Positions 9,886-21,656 of a stretch of 64,000 nt of DNA are shown piece after piece. The DNA is from Squalus acanthias. Its lineage: Eukaryota. Position numbers and translations under genes: made by a program. Under the pieces are notes generated by a model. It did not search any database, was not told the origin of the DNA, and worked only from the letters and a program-made list of their open reading frames with translations. The DNA lies in contig CM059438.1 of the NCBI GenBank assembly GCA_030390025.1, positions 56,856,001-56,920,000 on the forward strand. Reading direction: 5' to 3'. How positions within the stretch are numbered: the first letter of the stretch is position 1; every line of letters starts with the position of its first letter.

Positions 9886-12800
9886 GGCACAGAAACAGGC
9901 CATTCGACCCAACCAGTCCATGCTGACGTTTATGCTCCACTCGAGCCTCCTCCCGTCTTTCCTCATCTAAATCTATCAGCGTAACCCTCTATTCCCTTCT
10001 CCCTCATATGCTTGTCTAGCCTCTCCTTAATATATCTATATTTTTTGCTTCAACCACTCCCTGTGGTAGCGAGTTCCACATTCTCACCACTCTTTGGGTG
10101 TAGAAGTTTCTTCTGAATTCCCTATTTGATTTCTTGGTGACTATCTTATACTGATGGCCTCTAGTTAAGCTCTTCCCCATGAGTGGAAACATTCTCTCTC
10201 TATCCACTCTATCAAAACCTTTCATAATTTTAAAGACTTCTATTAGGTCACCCTTCAGCCTTTTTTCAAGAGAAAAGAGACCCAGCCTGTTCATCCTTTC
10301 CTGATATGTATACCCTCGTATTTCTGGTATCATCCTTGTAAATCTTCTCTGCACCCTCTCCAGTGCCTCTATATCCTTTTTATAATATGGCGACCAGAAC
10401 TGTACGCAGTACTCTAAGTGTGGTCTAACCAAGGTTCGATACAGGTTTAGCATAACTTCCCTACTTTTCAATTCTATACCTCTAGAAATAAACCCTAGTG
10501 CTTGGTTTGCTTTTTTTTATGGTCTTGCTAACCTGTGTCGCAACTTTTAGTGATTTGTGTATTTGTACTCAGAGATACCCTTGTTCCTCTACCCCACCTA
10601 GACTCACACCCTCCAGGTAATAAGTGACCTCCCTATTCTTCCTACCAAAATGTAATACCTCACATTTATCTGTGTTGAACTTCATTTACCAATTATATGC
10701 ACATTCTGCAAGTTTACTAATGTCCTCCTGTAATTTGTTGCAGTCCTCCTCAGTATTGTAGAGTTTCGCAATTATCGCGATTCAAAATAATATGAGAGAA
10801 GCAGGTTCAATTGATCATTTTTATTAAACGAAATGCTGCCCTGATAATAAAGGACACAGAAGCCTGTAAAATGGCCGCCGCGCATCGTGGCAGAAGCTTC
10901 CAGAGACACAGTGGGCAGACAAGATGGCATCGAATATACATTCAGTATGAGAGCGGATCATACTCGGTACACATTGTAAAGACAGGATGCAACCCGTTTG
11001 CATTTTGAACAATAGCAATGATATAAGTGCTGGAATCGTTTCCTACGCACAGTAAGGATCATTGAACTGGGCCATCGAGAACCCATCCAGACACATCAAT
11101 ACACAAATACCCCCCCGGCTCAACAATGAGAGAGACATTGGCGGGTGATTAAGCCAGTATTCGGGGGGCCCCAAAACCAGTCGAGGAGACGATTCATACA
11201 CATCCTGGCTGGCTCAATAATGGAGAAGGTATTAACGGATAGTTGGCCAGTTTCAGGTGTTACCGAAACCCGTTAAGAAGATAATCACCCCATGCTGGGA
11301 GTTTTGGGCGCCAAAATCACACAAAGAATAAACGTTTAGATTTGAGCAGGAGATAAGGCCGACAAAGCTGTATAACTATAGGGGACAAATGTCCATCAGT
11401 CTCTTGACTCTCTCTCTCTTCCTTGACACTCTCTCTCTCGGGCTCTCTTGGCTCTTGACTTTTCGCCGTGCTGGTCGGTTATTCAAGTGTTGGGTGGAGC
11501 TCAATCGGAACGAGCCGCCTCGACAGGGCAAGTAACAGGGTACACCATCCCGAGCATCGGTAAACGGTGTCCGGACCCAGAGGCCCGAGCAACCAGAAGA
11601 AAGACGAGAAGAAATTCCACGTGCCGCCGCGGTCAGTAAACCCCGACCGCGCCCGAAGATATAACAACAGAATCCATCTTTGAATTCTACAGACTACTAC
11701 ATGAACCGTTTTTCTTTGAATTCTACAGACTACTCCACGATCCGGTCTGAATCCATCGACCACTTCATGACATCAAGGAATCTGGCTTACCTTTCGCGGC
11801 AGCGAGAGTAAACAAGTGGGGTGCAGAAACCCTTACAACCACGTGACAGTCAGGCGCTGCAGCAAAACGAGCTGAGTGCCTCACTTTAAATTTCCGAAGT
11901 GAGCCGAGTGGTGAGCATGTTTTCCGATCCTACAAATCCAGACATAGTTTAGGTATATTAAGGGAGGGTGGTTTTCTTAGGTTAATGTATAATGTGTTCC
12001 CCCTTTTACGATGTGTCGTGTGTTCCCCATTTCCATAGACCAAGTTTTATGAACGTGTGTATACTTGTACTCTCTTTGATCTGCGCCTATGACATGTATT
12101 TCATGATTTTAGATGCCATGCAATAAAGACATTCATTTCGTGCTATTTGAGTCTTTTTCTCTGCATTACTGCTCCTTGCATCTAAGTCCAGGTGTCAGAA
12201 CCGTAAGGGCGAGTGGGTCGAACCACTCACAGGTGCTTATTGCAAAAGTCTGGCCGGAGACCAGAGCAAGCAATAGTATAGGCAATGAAGGCCTCACCTC
12301 GCACCAGTACCGTGACCCCTTACAGTATTGACTGCCCCCCCCTCCCAATTTGGTGTCATCCACAAATTTAGAAATTGTGTTTTTGATTCCAAAGTCTAAA
12401 TCGTTAATATAAATTGTGAACAGCAGTGGTCCCAGCACTGATCCTTGTGGAATACCACTACCCACCTTCTGCCACTGTGAATAGCTACCTTTTACCCCTA
12501 CTCTCTGTTTTCTGTCTTGAAGCCAGCTAGCTATCCATTCTGCTACTTGTCCCCTGACTCTGCATTTTCTGACCTTGTTCATCAGTCTATTATGGGGTAC
12601 CTTATCGAAGGCCTTTTGAAAATCTAGATAATTTACATCATCTACATTACCATTGTCTACTTTCTCTGTTACCTCTTCAAAAAATTCAATGAGGTTGGTC
12701 AAGCAAGATTATCCCTTTTGAAATTCATGCTGACTATTCATTATTATATTTTTGGTTTCTAGATGTTCTTCTATTTTCTCCTTTAGTAGGAATTCCATTA

Positions 12801-13830
12801 TTTTTCCTATCACCGATGTTAAGCTGACTGGTCTATAATTCCCTGGACATGTTCTATCCCCCTTCTTAAATATAGGTATTACGTTAGCTATCCGCCAGTC
12901 TTCTGGCACTACACCTTTTTCTAATGAATTATTAAATATGTGTAGTAATGCCTCTGCTATCTTTTCCCTAGATTCTTTTAAAATGCGTGGATGCAATCCA
13001 TCCGGACCAGGGGTTTTATCCTCTTTGAGTTTGATTAGTTTATTTAATATATCCCCTTTTTTTATTTTAAATGCACTTATCTCATTACTAATCTCATCAT
13101 CCAATGTCATGTCCACCTGTTCTATCTCTCTGGTAAATACTGAAGCAAAATAATTATTTAATATTTCTGCCATCTCTCTATCGTTACCTGTGGTATTATC
13201 CTGTCTATCCCTTAATGGCCCTATTCCCATCCCAACCTTTCTTCTTTATTGATGTGCCTGTAAAATATTTTACTATTTTGTTTTATGTTCCTTGATAATT
13301 TAATTTCATAGTTCCTCTTTGCCTTCCTAATTGTTTTTTTGACTTCTAATCTCTTTGTATTCTCCCTTATCATGCACTCCCCTGCTGTCTATGCCTCTTT
13401 CCTATTAGGTGGTCTGTAGTCTACACCTATTAGTGTGATTGATCCTTTATTATCTTTTATCTCTATCCATATGGATTCTATTTTTGTCTTGGTGATAGCT
13501 GCGTCACTTTTTTCTACTGCCATTATGTTATCCCTAATAAGTACAGCTACACCACCTCCCCTTTTTCCCTCTCTATCTTTTCTAAATATGTTATACCCTG
13601 CAATGTTTAATTCCCAGTCCTGATTTTTCTGTAGCCATGTCTCCGTAATCCCTACTATGTCTGGTTCCTCGCAATGCATGATTGCCTCCAGCTCCCCTGT
13701 TTTATTACAGACACTGTGTGCATTGCTGTACAGACAGTTTACCTCATTTTTAATAGGATTTCCTCTCACTTTATGTTGAACCATCATTTTAGACTCCTGT
13801 TCTATAACTCTATTTATTCCCTTGCCATCA
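9886..13830 (-). mobile_element. CR1 LINE ORF2 (endonuclease plus RT, internally deleted), interrupted by a solo LTR
   Basis: ORFs 13389-13886 (CLYSNAHSV, GITETWL, RGGGVA), 12709-13230, 12166-12702 and 10016-10471. 3' UTR hairpin near 9886. Confidence 0.93.
10757..12324 (+). mobile_element. Solo LTR (1568 bp) with GTAT target-site duplication
   Basis: TGTAGAG...CCCCTTACA termini. GTAT at 10753-10756 and 12325-12328; removing the insert restores the CR1 sequence. TATA-like motif about 11371, AATAAA 12122-12127, no retroelement ORF. Confidence 0.88.
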
Positions 13831-13869
13831 ACGTATATAAAACGGGGGGAAGGGGAGGGGCAGTAACAG

Positions 13870-14150
13870 CCCAAACAAGGGGGCATAACCTTAAAATTAG
13901 AGCTGGGCCATTCAGGGTGATGGCAGAGATCAATTCTTCACACAAAGGGTAGTGGAAATCTGGAACTCTCTCCCCAAAAAGCTGTTGAGACTGGGGGTCA
14001 ATTGAAAATTTCAAAACTGAGATTGTTAGGTTTTTTTTAGGTAAGGATTTAGAACTAAGGCGGGTAGATAGAGTTAAGCTGCAGATCAGCCATGATCTAA
14101 TTGAATGGCGGAACAGGCTCAAGGGGCTGAATGGCCTCCTCCCATTCCTA
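13870..14150 (+). mobile_element. CR1 3' end fragment
   Basis: TRGHNLKIR-coding stretch followed by the CR1 3' UTR motif GATCAGCCATGATC..GAATGGCGG..GAATGGCCTCCTCC. Confidence 0.75.
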
Positions 14151-14299
14151 CGTAAATGGTTTTCTAGCTGAAAAGCACTTTGAGATGTCCAGTGAACGTG
14201 GAAGGTGCTATATGAATGCAAGTTCTTTCTATTCAGTTTAATGAATAGTAGAGGAGATTTGCTAAAGACTTGAGATTGGAATTGCTGTGACCCTTTTAA

Positions 14300-14672
14300 C
14301 GTAATCTAGACTGGCACTTCAGTGCAGTACTGAGGCAGTGCTGCATTGGCAGAGGTGCCCTCTTCAGTATTAGATGTTAAACCGAGGCCCCGTCTGCCCT
14401 CTCAGGTGGACGTAAAAGATACCATGGCACTATTTGAAGATGACCAGGGGAGTTCTCCTCGGTGTCATGTCCAATATTCATCCCTCAACCAACACCACCA
14501 AAAACAGATTAACTGGTCATTTATCGCATTGCTGTTTGTGGGATCTTGCTGTGCATAAATTGACTGCTGAATTTCGCTACATTACAACAGTGACTACACT
14601 TAAAAAAAGTAGTTTAATGAGCCATGAAACGCTTTGGAACAACCTGAGGTCATTAAAGGCAAGTTCTTTCTT
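14300..14672 (+). mobile_element. Deu-domain SINE (SacSINE1-like), 5'-truncated
   Basis: GTTAAACCGAGGCCCCGTCTGCCCTCTCAGGTGGACGTAAAAGATACCATGGCACTA core, homologous to the copies at 16928, 36528 and 45307. Confidence 0.75.
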
Positions 14673-14984
14673 TTGGAGGAAGCAGTACTATCTTGAACTA
14701 CAGAAAGTGTTGGGACTGCACAGTAGTCTGACCAGCACCTGAAGGAGAGAGCCCTGTTAACATTTCGGGTGTAACCCTGTGTCACAACCCTGTGTGGAAG
14801 AGTTACACCCTGAGCATGAGCCAAGCTACATCATCGCATGTCATGAAACTGAAATGCAATGCTGACCGACCAGCTGCACATTCTCAGCGTTTTCTCTTTG
14901 ATGGGCAGTCCCTTTGATGTAGGATTGCGGTCCACCTCATGGGATGGGCTGCAATAGGAACAGGAGGAGGACACTCAGCCCCTC

Positions 14985-15570
14985 ATAGAATGATAGAACA
15001 GTACAGCACAGGAGGAGGCCATTCAGCCCATCGAGTCTGCACCGGCTCTTTCAAAGAGGAATCCAGTTAGTCTCACTCCCCCGCTCTTTCCCCATGTCCC
15101 TGCAATTTTTTCTCCTTCAATTCCCTTTTGAAGGCTCCTATTGACTCTGTATCCACCGCCCTATCAGGCAGTACATTCCAAATCCTAACCACTCGTGTAA
15201 AAAGGTTTACTTATGTCGCCTCTGGTTCTTTTGCCAGTCACCTTAAATCTGTGCCCTCTGGTTATCGACCCTTCAGCCATTGGAAACAGTTTCTCTTTAT
15301 TTACCCTCTCTAAACCCTTCATGATTTTAAACACCTCTATCAAATCTCCTCTTAGCCTTCTCTGCTCCAAAGAAAACAACCCCAGCTTCTCTAATCTATC
15401 CACGTAACTGAAATCCCTCATCCCTGGAACCATTCTCGTAAATCTCTTCTGTACCCTCTCCAAAGCCTTCATGTCCTTCCTAAAGTGTGGTGCCCAGAAT
15501 TTGACACAATACTCCAGCTGGGGCCAAACTAGTGTTTTATACAGGCTCCTGGCTTTTGTACTCTATGCCT
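14985..15570 (-). mobile_element. CR1 3' fragment
   Basis: ORF 15185-15472 ALERVQKRFTRMVPG..RRLRGDLIEVFKIM plus 3' hairpin and tail. Confidence 0.88.
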
Positions 15571-15694
15571 CTATTTATAAAGACCGTTCTGCCATTCAAT
15601 TAGATTATGGCTGATCTGTATCTTAACTCCGTTTACCCGCAACAAACATAGGAACTTAAGATTTTCAGTGACTGTGCTCATCAGACAGGTTTTG

Positions 15695-16052
15695 GGACTA
15701 CGGTAGTGTAGTGGTTCTGTTAGTAGACCGATAATCCAGAGAATGTGAGTTCAAATCCCACCAATAAAAAATCTGGAAAAGCCGGTATCAGCAAAAGTCA
15801 CCATGAAGGTGTTGATTGTCGTAAAATACAACTGGTTCACTAATGTCCTTTTGAGGAAGGAAATCTGCTGTCCTTACCCGGTCTGGCCGATATGTGACTC
15901 CAGTCCCACACCAATGTGGTCGACTCTTAACTTACCACTGATGTGGCCAAACAAGACACTGTTGTATCAGATCCACCTTCTATGGCCAACTGGGGACGGG
16001 CAATAAATGCTGGCCTTGCCAACAACGGCCACGTCCCAAGAATGAGTAAAAA
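15695..16052 (+). mobile_element. tRNA-derived SINE with 3' tail shared with the LINE at 30175-31730
   Basis: A-box-like GGTAGTGTAGTGG and B-box-like GAGTTCAAATCCC; tail GGGCAATAAATGCTGGCCTTGCCA..GTCCCAAGAATGA. Confidence 0.7.
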
Positions 16053-16927
16053 CAAATCCAGGGTTCTAGGTGCGACGCTGGTGTCAGGGTGAACCTCTTA
16101 TGCTGCAGTTATAACACTCGACATTAAATTAGTTGTGAATTTGGGAGTCAGATCAGCTCATTATAACAGGAGGAATAAACCACCTTCCATATCCCTTCCG
16201 CTGTGCACAGACTCGACTCCAGCCTGCAGAGCAACATGATATTGTCATGCTGGGGTCCGTGTAAACGAAGCCCATTGTGTGGGGAATGTATTTCACCCCC
16301 AAAACAGGCAGCATGTTCCCCGTGAGCCTTTACTTTTATCCACTGCATTCAGCGTCATACCTCACTTAATCTGCTGTGAGTACGATGGTTCACGTGTGTC
16401 ACCACACTCACCTCACTAACGTGCACAAGTCCAAGCAACCAGCAACAGCTTTCAGAGCTAATGGACCATAGAACCACAGCTTATCCACTCAGACACACAC
16501 ATACGTGTATGTAGCTATCTTAAGTGAGTCATTCAGTTATTCATGACTCAGTCCCAAATTTAGACTTTCTATTGTTCACAAATTAAAAAGAAACTAGTTT
16601 TTCAAACTAAACCTTTTTTTTATTATTGTCTCATTGCATGTTGCAGAAACAGGTTACAGTAAATACTGTGCAGGGTGTGGGATACAGACGTGGCCAGTGT
16701 GAATACCATACAGGGGTGGAGCTCGCAGTACAATGTCAAGAGCTGACTGCATTCCAGTGTGTGCACATGTTACTAATGGCATTGGTTTGCCAAACAAGCT
16801 CAATTATGAACCAGAATTGATAACATTTAAAGAACACAAAAAAGGGTGGAAATTTTCCATGAAATGTAACCCCACGCCCCTCTATTTAGTGACGAGTGAT
16901 CTCCTAATGTGTTTCTGATATCCTAAC

Positions 16928-17325
16928 GTGGCTCAGTGGTAGCACTCTCGCCTCTGAGTCAGAAGGTTGTGGGTTCAAGCCCTAATGTAGGACTGGAGCA
17001 CACAATCCAGGCTGACAATCCCAGTCCCAGTACTGAGGGAGTGCTGCACTGTCGGAGGTGCCGTCTTTCAGATGAGATCTTAGACCAGGACCCCATCTGC
17101 CTGTTCAACCGATGTAAAAGGTCCCATGGCACTATTTGAAAAGAGCAGTGAGCTCTCCTCGCGAACTGGCCAACCTTCATTGCTGGACCAGAAACTGGGC
17201 ATTTATCTCATTTTCTGCTACATTTGCCTACTTAACACTATGACTATTAGTTCAAAAGTAATTCATTGGTTGTGAAGCAATGGGACATCCTGAGAATGTG
17301 AGAGGCTTGAATAAATGTAAATTCT
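16928..17325 (+). mobile_element. Deu-domain tRNA-SINE (SacSINE1-like), near full length
   Basis: tRNA-like head GTGGCTCAGTGGTAGCAC..GGGTTCAAGCCC, Deu core GGAGGTGCCGTCTTTCAGATGAG..CCCATGGCACTA, and an L2-like tail. Confidence 0.78.
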
Positions 17326-17515
17326 TTAATTGTCAGTACTTATTTGTCCTTTGGAGACCAGCCATTTTAGGGCTTCAGTGAAACGCTATATGATAACGTC
17401 AACAAGGGACACATCAGTGAATAGCTCCCGAAGGAGTCCTGGAGATCGGCACTTAGTACCAGCTCTTTCCACCTCAACAGTGCAAAAGTGACCGTTCCTT
17501 TCAGGGAGGACAGTT

Positions 17516-19346
17516 ACATAGAAACATAGAAAAATAGGAGCAGGAGTAGGCCATTCGGCCCTTCGAGCCTGCTCCGCCATTCAATATGATCATGGCTGAT
17601 CCTCTATCTCAATACCATATTCCTGCTCTCTCCCCATACCCCTTGATGCCTTTTGTGTCTAGAAATCTATCTATCTCCTTCTTAAATATATTCAGTGACT
17701 TGGCCTCCACAGCCTTCTGTGGTAGAGAATTCCACAGGTTCACCACCCTCTGAGTGAAGAAATGTCTCCTCATCTCAGTCCTAAATGTCTGACCCCGTAT
17801 CCTGAGACTGTGATCCCTCGTTCTAGATCCCCCAGCCAGGGGAAACATCCTCCCTGCATCCAGTCTGTCTAGCCCTGTCAGAATTTTATACGTTTCAATG
17901 AGATCCCCTCTCATTCTTCTAAACTTTAGTGAATACAGGCCTAGTCGACCCAATCTCTCCTCATACGACAGTCCTGCCATCCCAGGAATCAGTCTGGTGA
18001 ACCTTCGCTGCACTCCCTCTGTAGCAAGTATATCCTTTCTTAGGTAAGGAGACCAAAACTGCACACAGTACTCCAGGTGCGGTCTCACCAAGGCCCTGTA
18101 CAACTGTAGTAAGACATCCTTGCTCCTGTACTCAAATCCTCTTGCAATGAAGGCCAACATACCATTTGCCTTCCTAACTGCTTGCTGCACCTGCATGTTT
18201 GCTTTCAGTGACTGGTGTACAAGGACACCCAGGTCCCTTTGTACACCAACATTTCCCAATCTATCACCATTTAAATAATACTCTACCTTTCTGTTTTTCC
18301 TACCGAAGTGGATAACTTCACATTTATCCACGTTATATTGCATCTGCCATGTATTTGCCCACTCACTCAACTTGTCTAAATCGCCTTGAAGCCTCTTTGC
18401 ATCCTCCTCACAACTTTCAATCCCACCTAGTTTCGTGTCGTCAGCAAGGTTGGAAATATTACATTTGGTTCCCTGATCCAAATCATTGATATATATTGTG
18501 AATAGCTGGGGCCCAAGCACTGATCCCTGCAGTACCCCACTAGTCACTGCCTGCCACCCCGAAAAAGACCCATTTATTCCTACTTTCTGTTTCCTGTCTG
18601 TTAACCAATTTTCAATCCATGCCAGTATATTACCCCCAATCCCATGTGCTTTAATTTTGCACACTAACCTCTTATGTGGGACTTTATCAAAGGCCTTCTG
18701 AAAATCCAAATACACCACATCCACTGGTTCTCCCTTATCTATTCTACCAGTTACATCCTCAAAACTCCAGTAGGTTTGTCAAACATGATTTCCCTTTCAT
18801 AAATCCATGTTGACTTTGTCTAATCCCGTTGATATTTTCTAAGTGTCCTGTTATCATATCTTTTATAATAGACTCTAGCATTTTCCCTACTACTGATGTT
18901 AGGCTAACCGGTCTGTAGTTCCCTGTTTTTTCTCCCTCCTTTTTTAAATAGTGGGGTTACATTTGCCACCCTCCAATCTGCAGGAACTGTTCCATAATCT
19001 ATAGAATTTTGGAAGATGACAACCAATGCATCCACTATTTCCATGGCTACCTCTTTTAGTATTCTGGGATGCAGATTATCAGGCCCTGGGGATTTATCAG
19101 CTTTCAGTCCCATTAATTTCTCCAGCACTATTTTTTTACTAATATTAATTTCCTTTAATTCCTCCTTCTCACGAGACCCTTGGTTCCCCAGCATTTCTGG
19201 GAAGTTATGTGTGTCCTCTTCTGTGAAGACAGAACCAAAGTATTTGTTTAATTGCTCAGCCATTTCCTTGTTCCCCATTATAAATTCTCCCGTTTCTGAC
19301 TGTAAGGGACCTACATTTGTCTTCACTAATCTTTTTCTTTTTACAT
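17516..19346 (-). mobile_element. 5'-truncated CR1 LINE (RT)
   Basis: ORFs 18904-19326 and 17609-18724 (371 aa, RT and C-terminus). Tail ACATAGAAACATAG at 17516; possible ACAGT TSD. Confidence 0.95.
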
Positions 19347-21384
19347 ACAGTGCAGTGTCAAGTCGATTTTCAGAGAGGCTCAGGCAGTCTGTTGGGCCTC
19401 CTGGGCACTTTATAAACTTGAGCAGGACCAGTTTAATGTTTTGGGATGCTGCTGCCAGCTCTCGAACAACATCAGAAATATACGGGCCAGGAGTGGAGCT
19501 GTGTGCCTAAGTGGGCAGAGCTCTCCCCTGGCATCCACGTTGTGAAACACAGCTTCCGTGTAACCCGGCTGTCGCTGGCTGTGAGTCGCTGGCTGCAGCT
19601 ACTGGCCTTCTGTCTGGTCGTCCTGTACACCTGCAGTCTGCAGTGTTTGCACCAATACATGGGCCGTTCTGGTATGAGTAATGCTGGGTCACAAGGGAGG
19701 TTCACAGTGTGTGAACACAGTACAAACATTGACCTTTGAACCCCATTACACACATGAAAAGCAATGACAAAGTTTTTCATAACTTGGTGTCATGGAGCGA
19801 ACCTTTGGATTACCGGCAGCATTCGTGCCTCCGAGTCAGAAGGTGCAGGGTTCGGCCTCTGCTCCAGACTGTCCTGGCGGGTGGAGCCTGGAGCTCCCAC
19901 TCTGAATTCTCTGTAGACATTCAGTGGAATATTCACGTCTAGTGGGTGTGGGTGCCCCTCCCCCCTCATCATATGGATTGTGGGAGCCCATAAAATCCTC
20001 TGGCAGTACAAGACTAATCAGCAATTTGGCTGGTATAAAGCTGGTTACGACCATGGACGTCACGGCCTGTCAGACTGTTAATCAGCCGACGACTCCTTCC
20101 ACTACTTCACACTGTTCTCTTCGGGAAAAGTGTGAAGATACAGAAACAACAGCCTGGTGTAATTCCTGGCTCTCTCCTGTAGCCTGTCGAGCTCTTTCTC
20201 TTGTGTCTTTCGAGTATGTCATGGCTCTCTCCAGTCTTCCTTCAATTGCTGTTCCCAGTTTGCTCTATTGTCCTGTGGCCCAGGCCTGTGGCCCTCGGGG
20301 TGTGGAGGTGGGAACTGTACTGGGGAAATGGCAGTGGTGGGAGATGGTGAATGACTTGCTGGTGGGGGGGCGGAAGCCAGAGCAACGAAGGCAGAAGTGA
20401 AAGAGCTGTTGAGCAGATCAACACCAACACTGAGGAAGTGATGGGTGGAGGGCCAGGGGAGAGAGAGTTGATGAGAGATCTGTGGGTGAAGACTAGTTGG
20501 GTTACAAATAAGTATGGAGCTGTAAATGGTAAAGGAGACGAGGACAAGGCCAAAAGCAACTGAACAGTGATCCAGAGGAACATTTGAAGATTGGAGGGAG
20601 TTTACGCTGGTTCGAAGAATTAGAATAAAAGTTACATAGGTTTTCTTTTAGATTGCTGAAGTTATGCCACAGATCAGCCATGATCTCATTGAATCATAGA
20701 ATAGTACAGCACAGAAGGAGGCCATTTGGCCCATCGAGTCTGCGCCAGCTCTTTCGGAGAGCAATCCAGTTAGTCCCACTCCCCCTCTCTTTGTGAGCTG
20801 GCTTCAAGACAGAAAGCAGAGAGTGGAAGTAAAGGGTAGCTGTTCACAGTGGCAGAAGGTGGGTAGTGGTGTTCCACAAGGATCAGTGCTGGGACCACTG
20901 CTGTTCACAATTTACATTAACGATTTAGACTTTGGAATCAAAAACACAATTTCTAAATTTGTGGATGATACCATACTGGGGAGGGGTGGGGGGGGAGATA
21001 GTCAATACTGAGGAGGACTGCAACAAATTACAGGATGACATTAATAAACCTGCAGAATGGGCATATAATTGGCAAATGAAGTTCAACACAGATAAATGTG
21101 AGGTATTACATTTTGGGAGGAAGAATAGGGAGGTCACTTATCACTTGGAGGGTGCGAGTCTGGGTGGGGTAGAGGAACAAAGGGATCTAGAAGTACAAAT
21201 ACACAAATCACTAAAAGTTGCGACACAGGTTAGCAAGGCCATAAAAAAGCAAACCAAGCACTCGGGTTTATTTCTAGAGGGATAGAATTGAAAAGTAGGG
21301 AAGTTATGCTAAACCTGTATCGAACCTTGGTTAAAAATGAGAAGTCGCACAACACCAGGTTATAGTCCAACAGATTTATTTAAT

Positions 21385-21424
21385 TTTACAAGCTTTCGGA
21401 GCTGTCGCTCCTTCCTCAGGTAAG
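21385..21424 (-). ncRNA. Minimal type I hammerhead ribozyme motif (Penelope 3' repeat)
   Basis: Minus strand TTAC-CTGAGGA-A-GGAGC-GACA-GCTCC-GAAA-GCTT-GTAA: CUGANGA and GAAA cores, stem II GGAGC/GCTCC, palindromic AAGCTT stem III, stem I TTAC/GTAA. Confidence 0.82.
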
Positions 21425-21656
21425 TTAGCAGTGAGAGAATCTCCCAGAATTCACAATTTAAACACAGACAAAATCTATTCAAATATTTCCCTACATCAAA
21501 GACACACTAAGAGCACAGCCAAGACAATGAGATGTGTCCCAGGGGGTCCAACGTGTCAAACCACCTGCTGGCTGCATATCCTGTCAATTTGTGTTGGTTC
21601 TTGTGCTAGTCTTTTTAAAAAAAAAAACACCTGGGAAGACCGGCCATGATGTCAAG

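Noticed and set aside
16928..16985. tRNA gene
   Set aside because: A and B boxes run straight into a SINE body found several times in the window.
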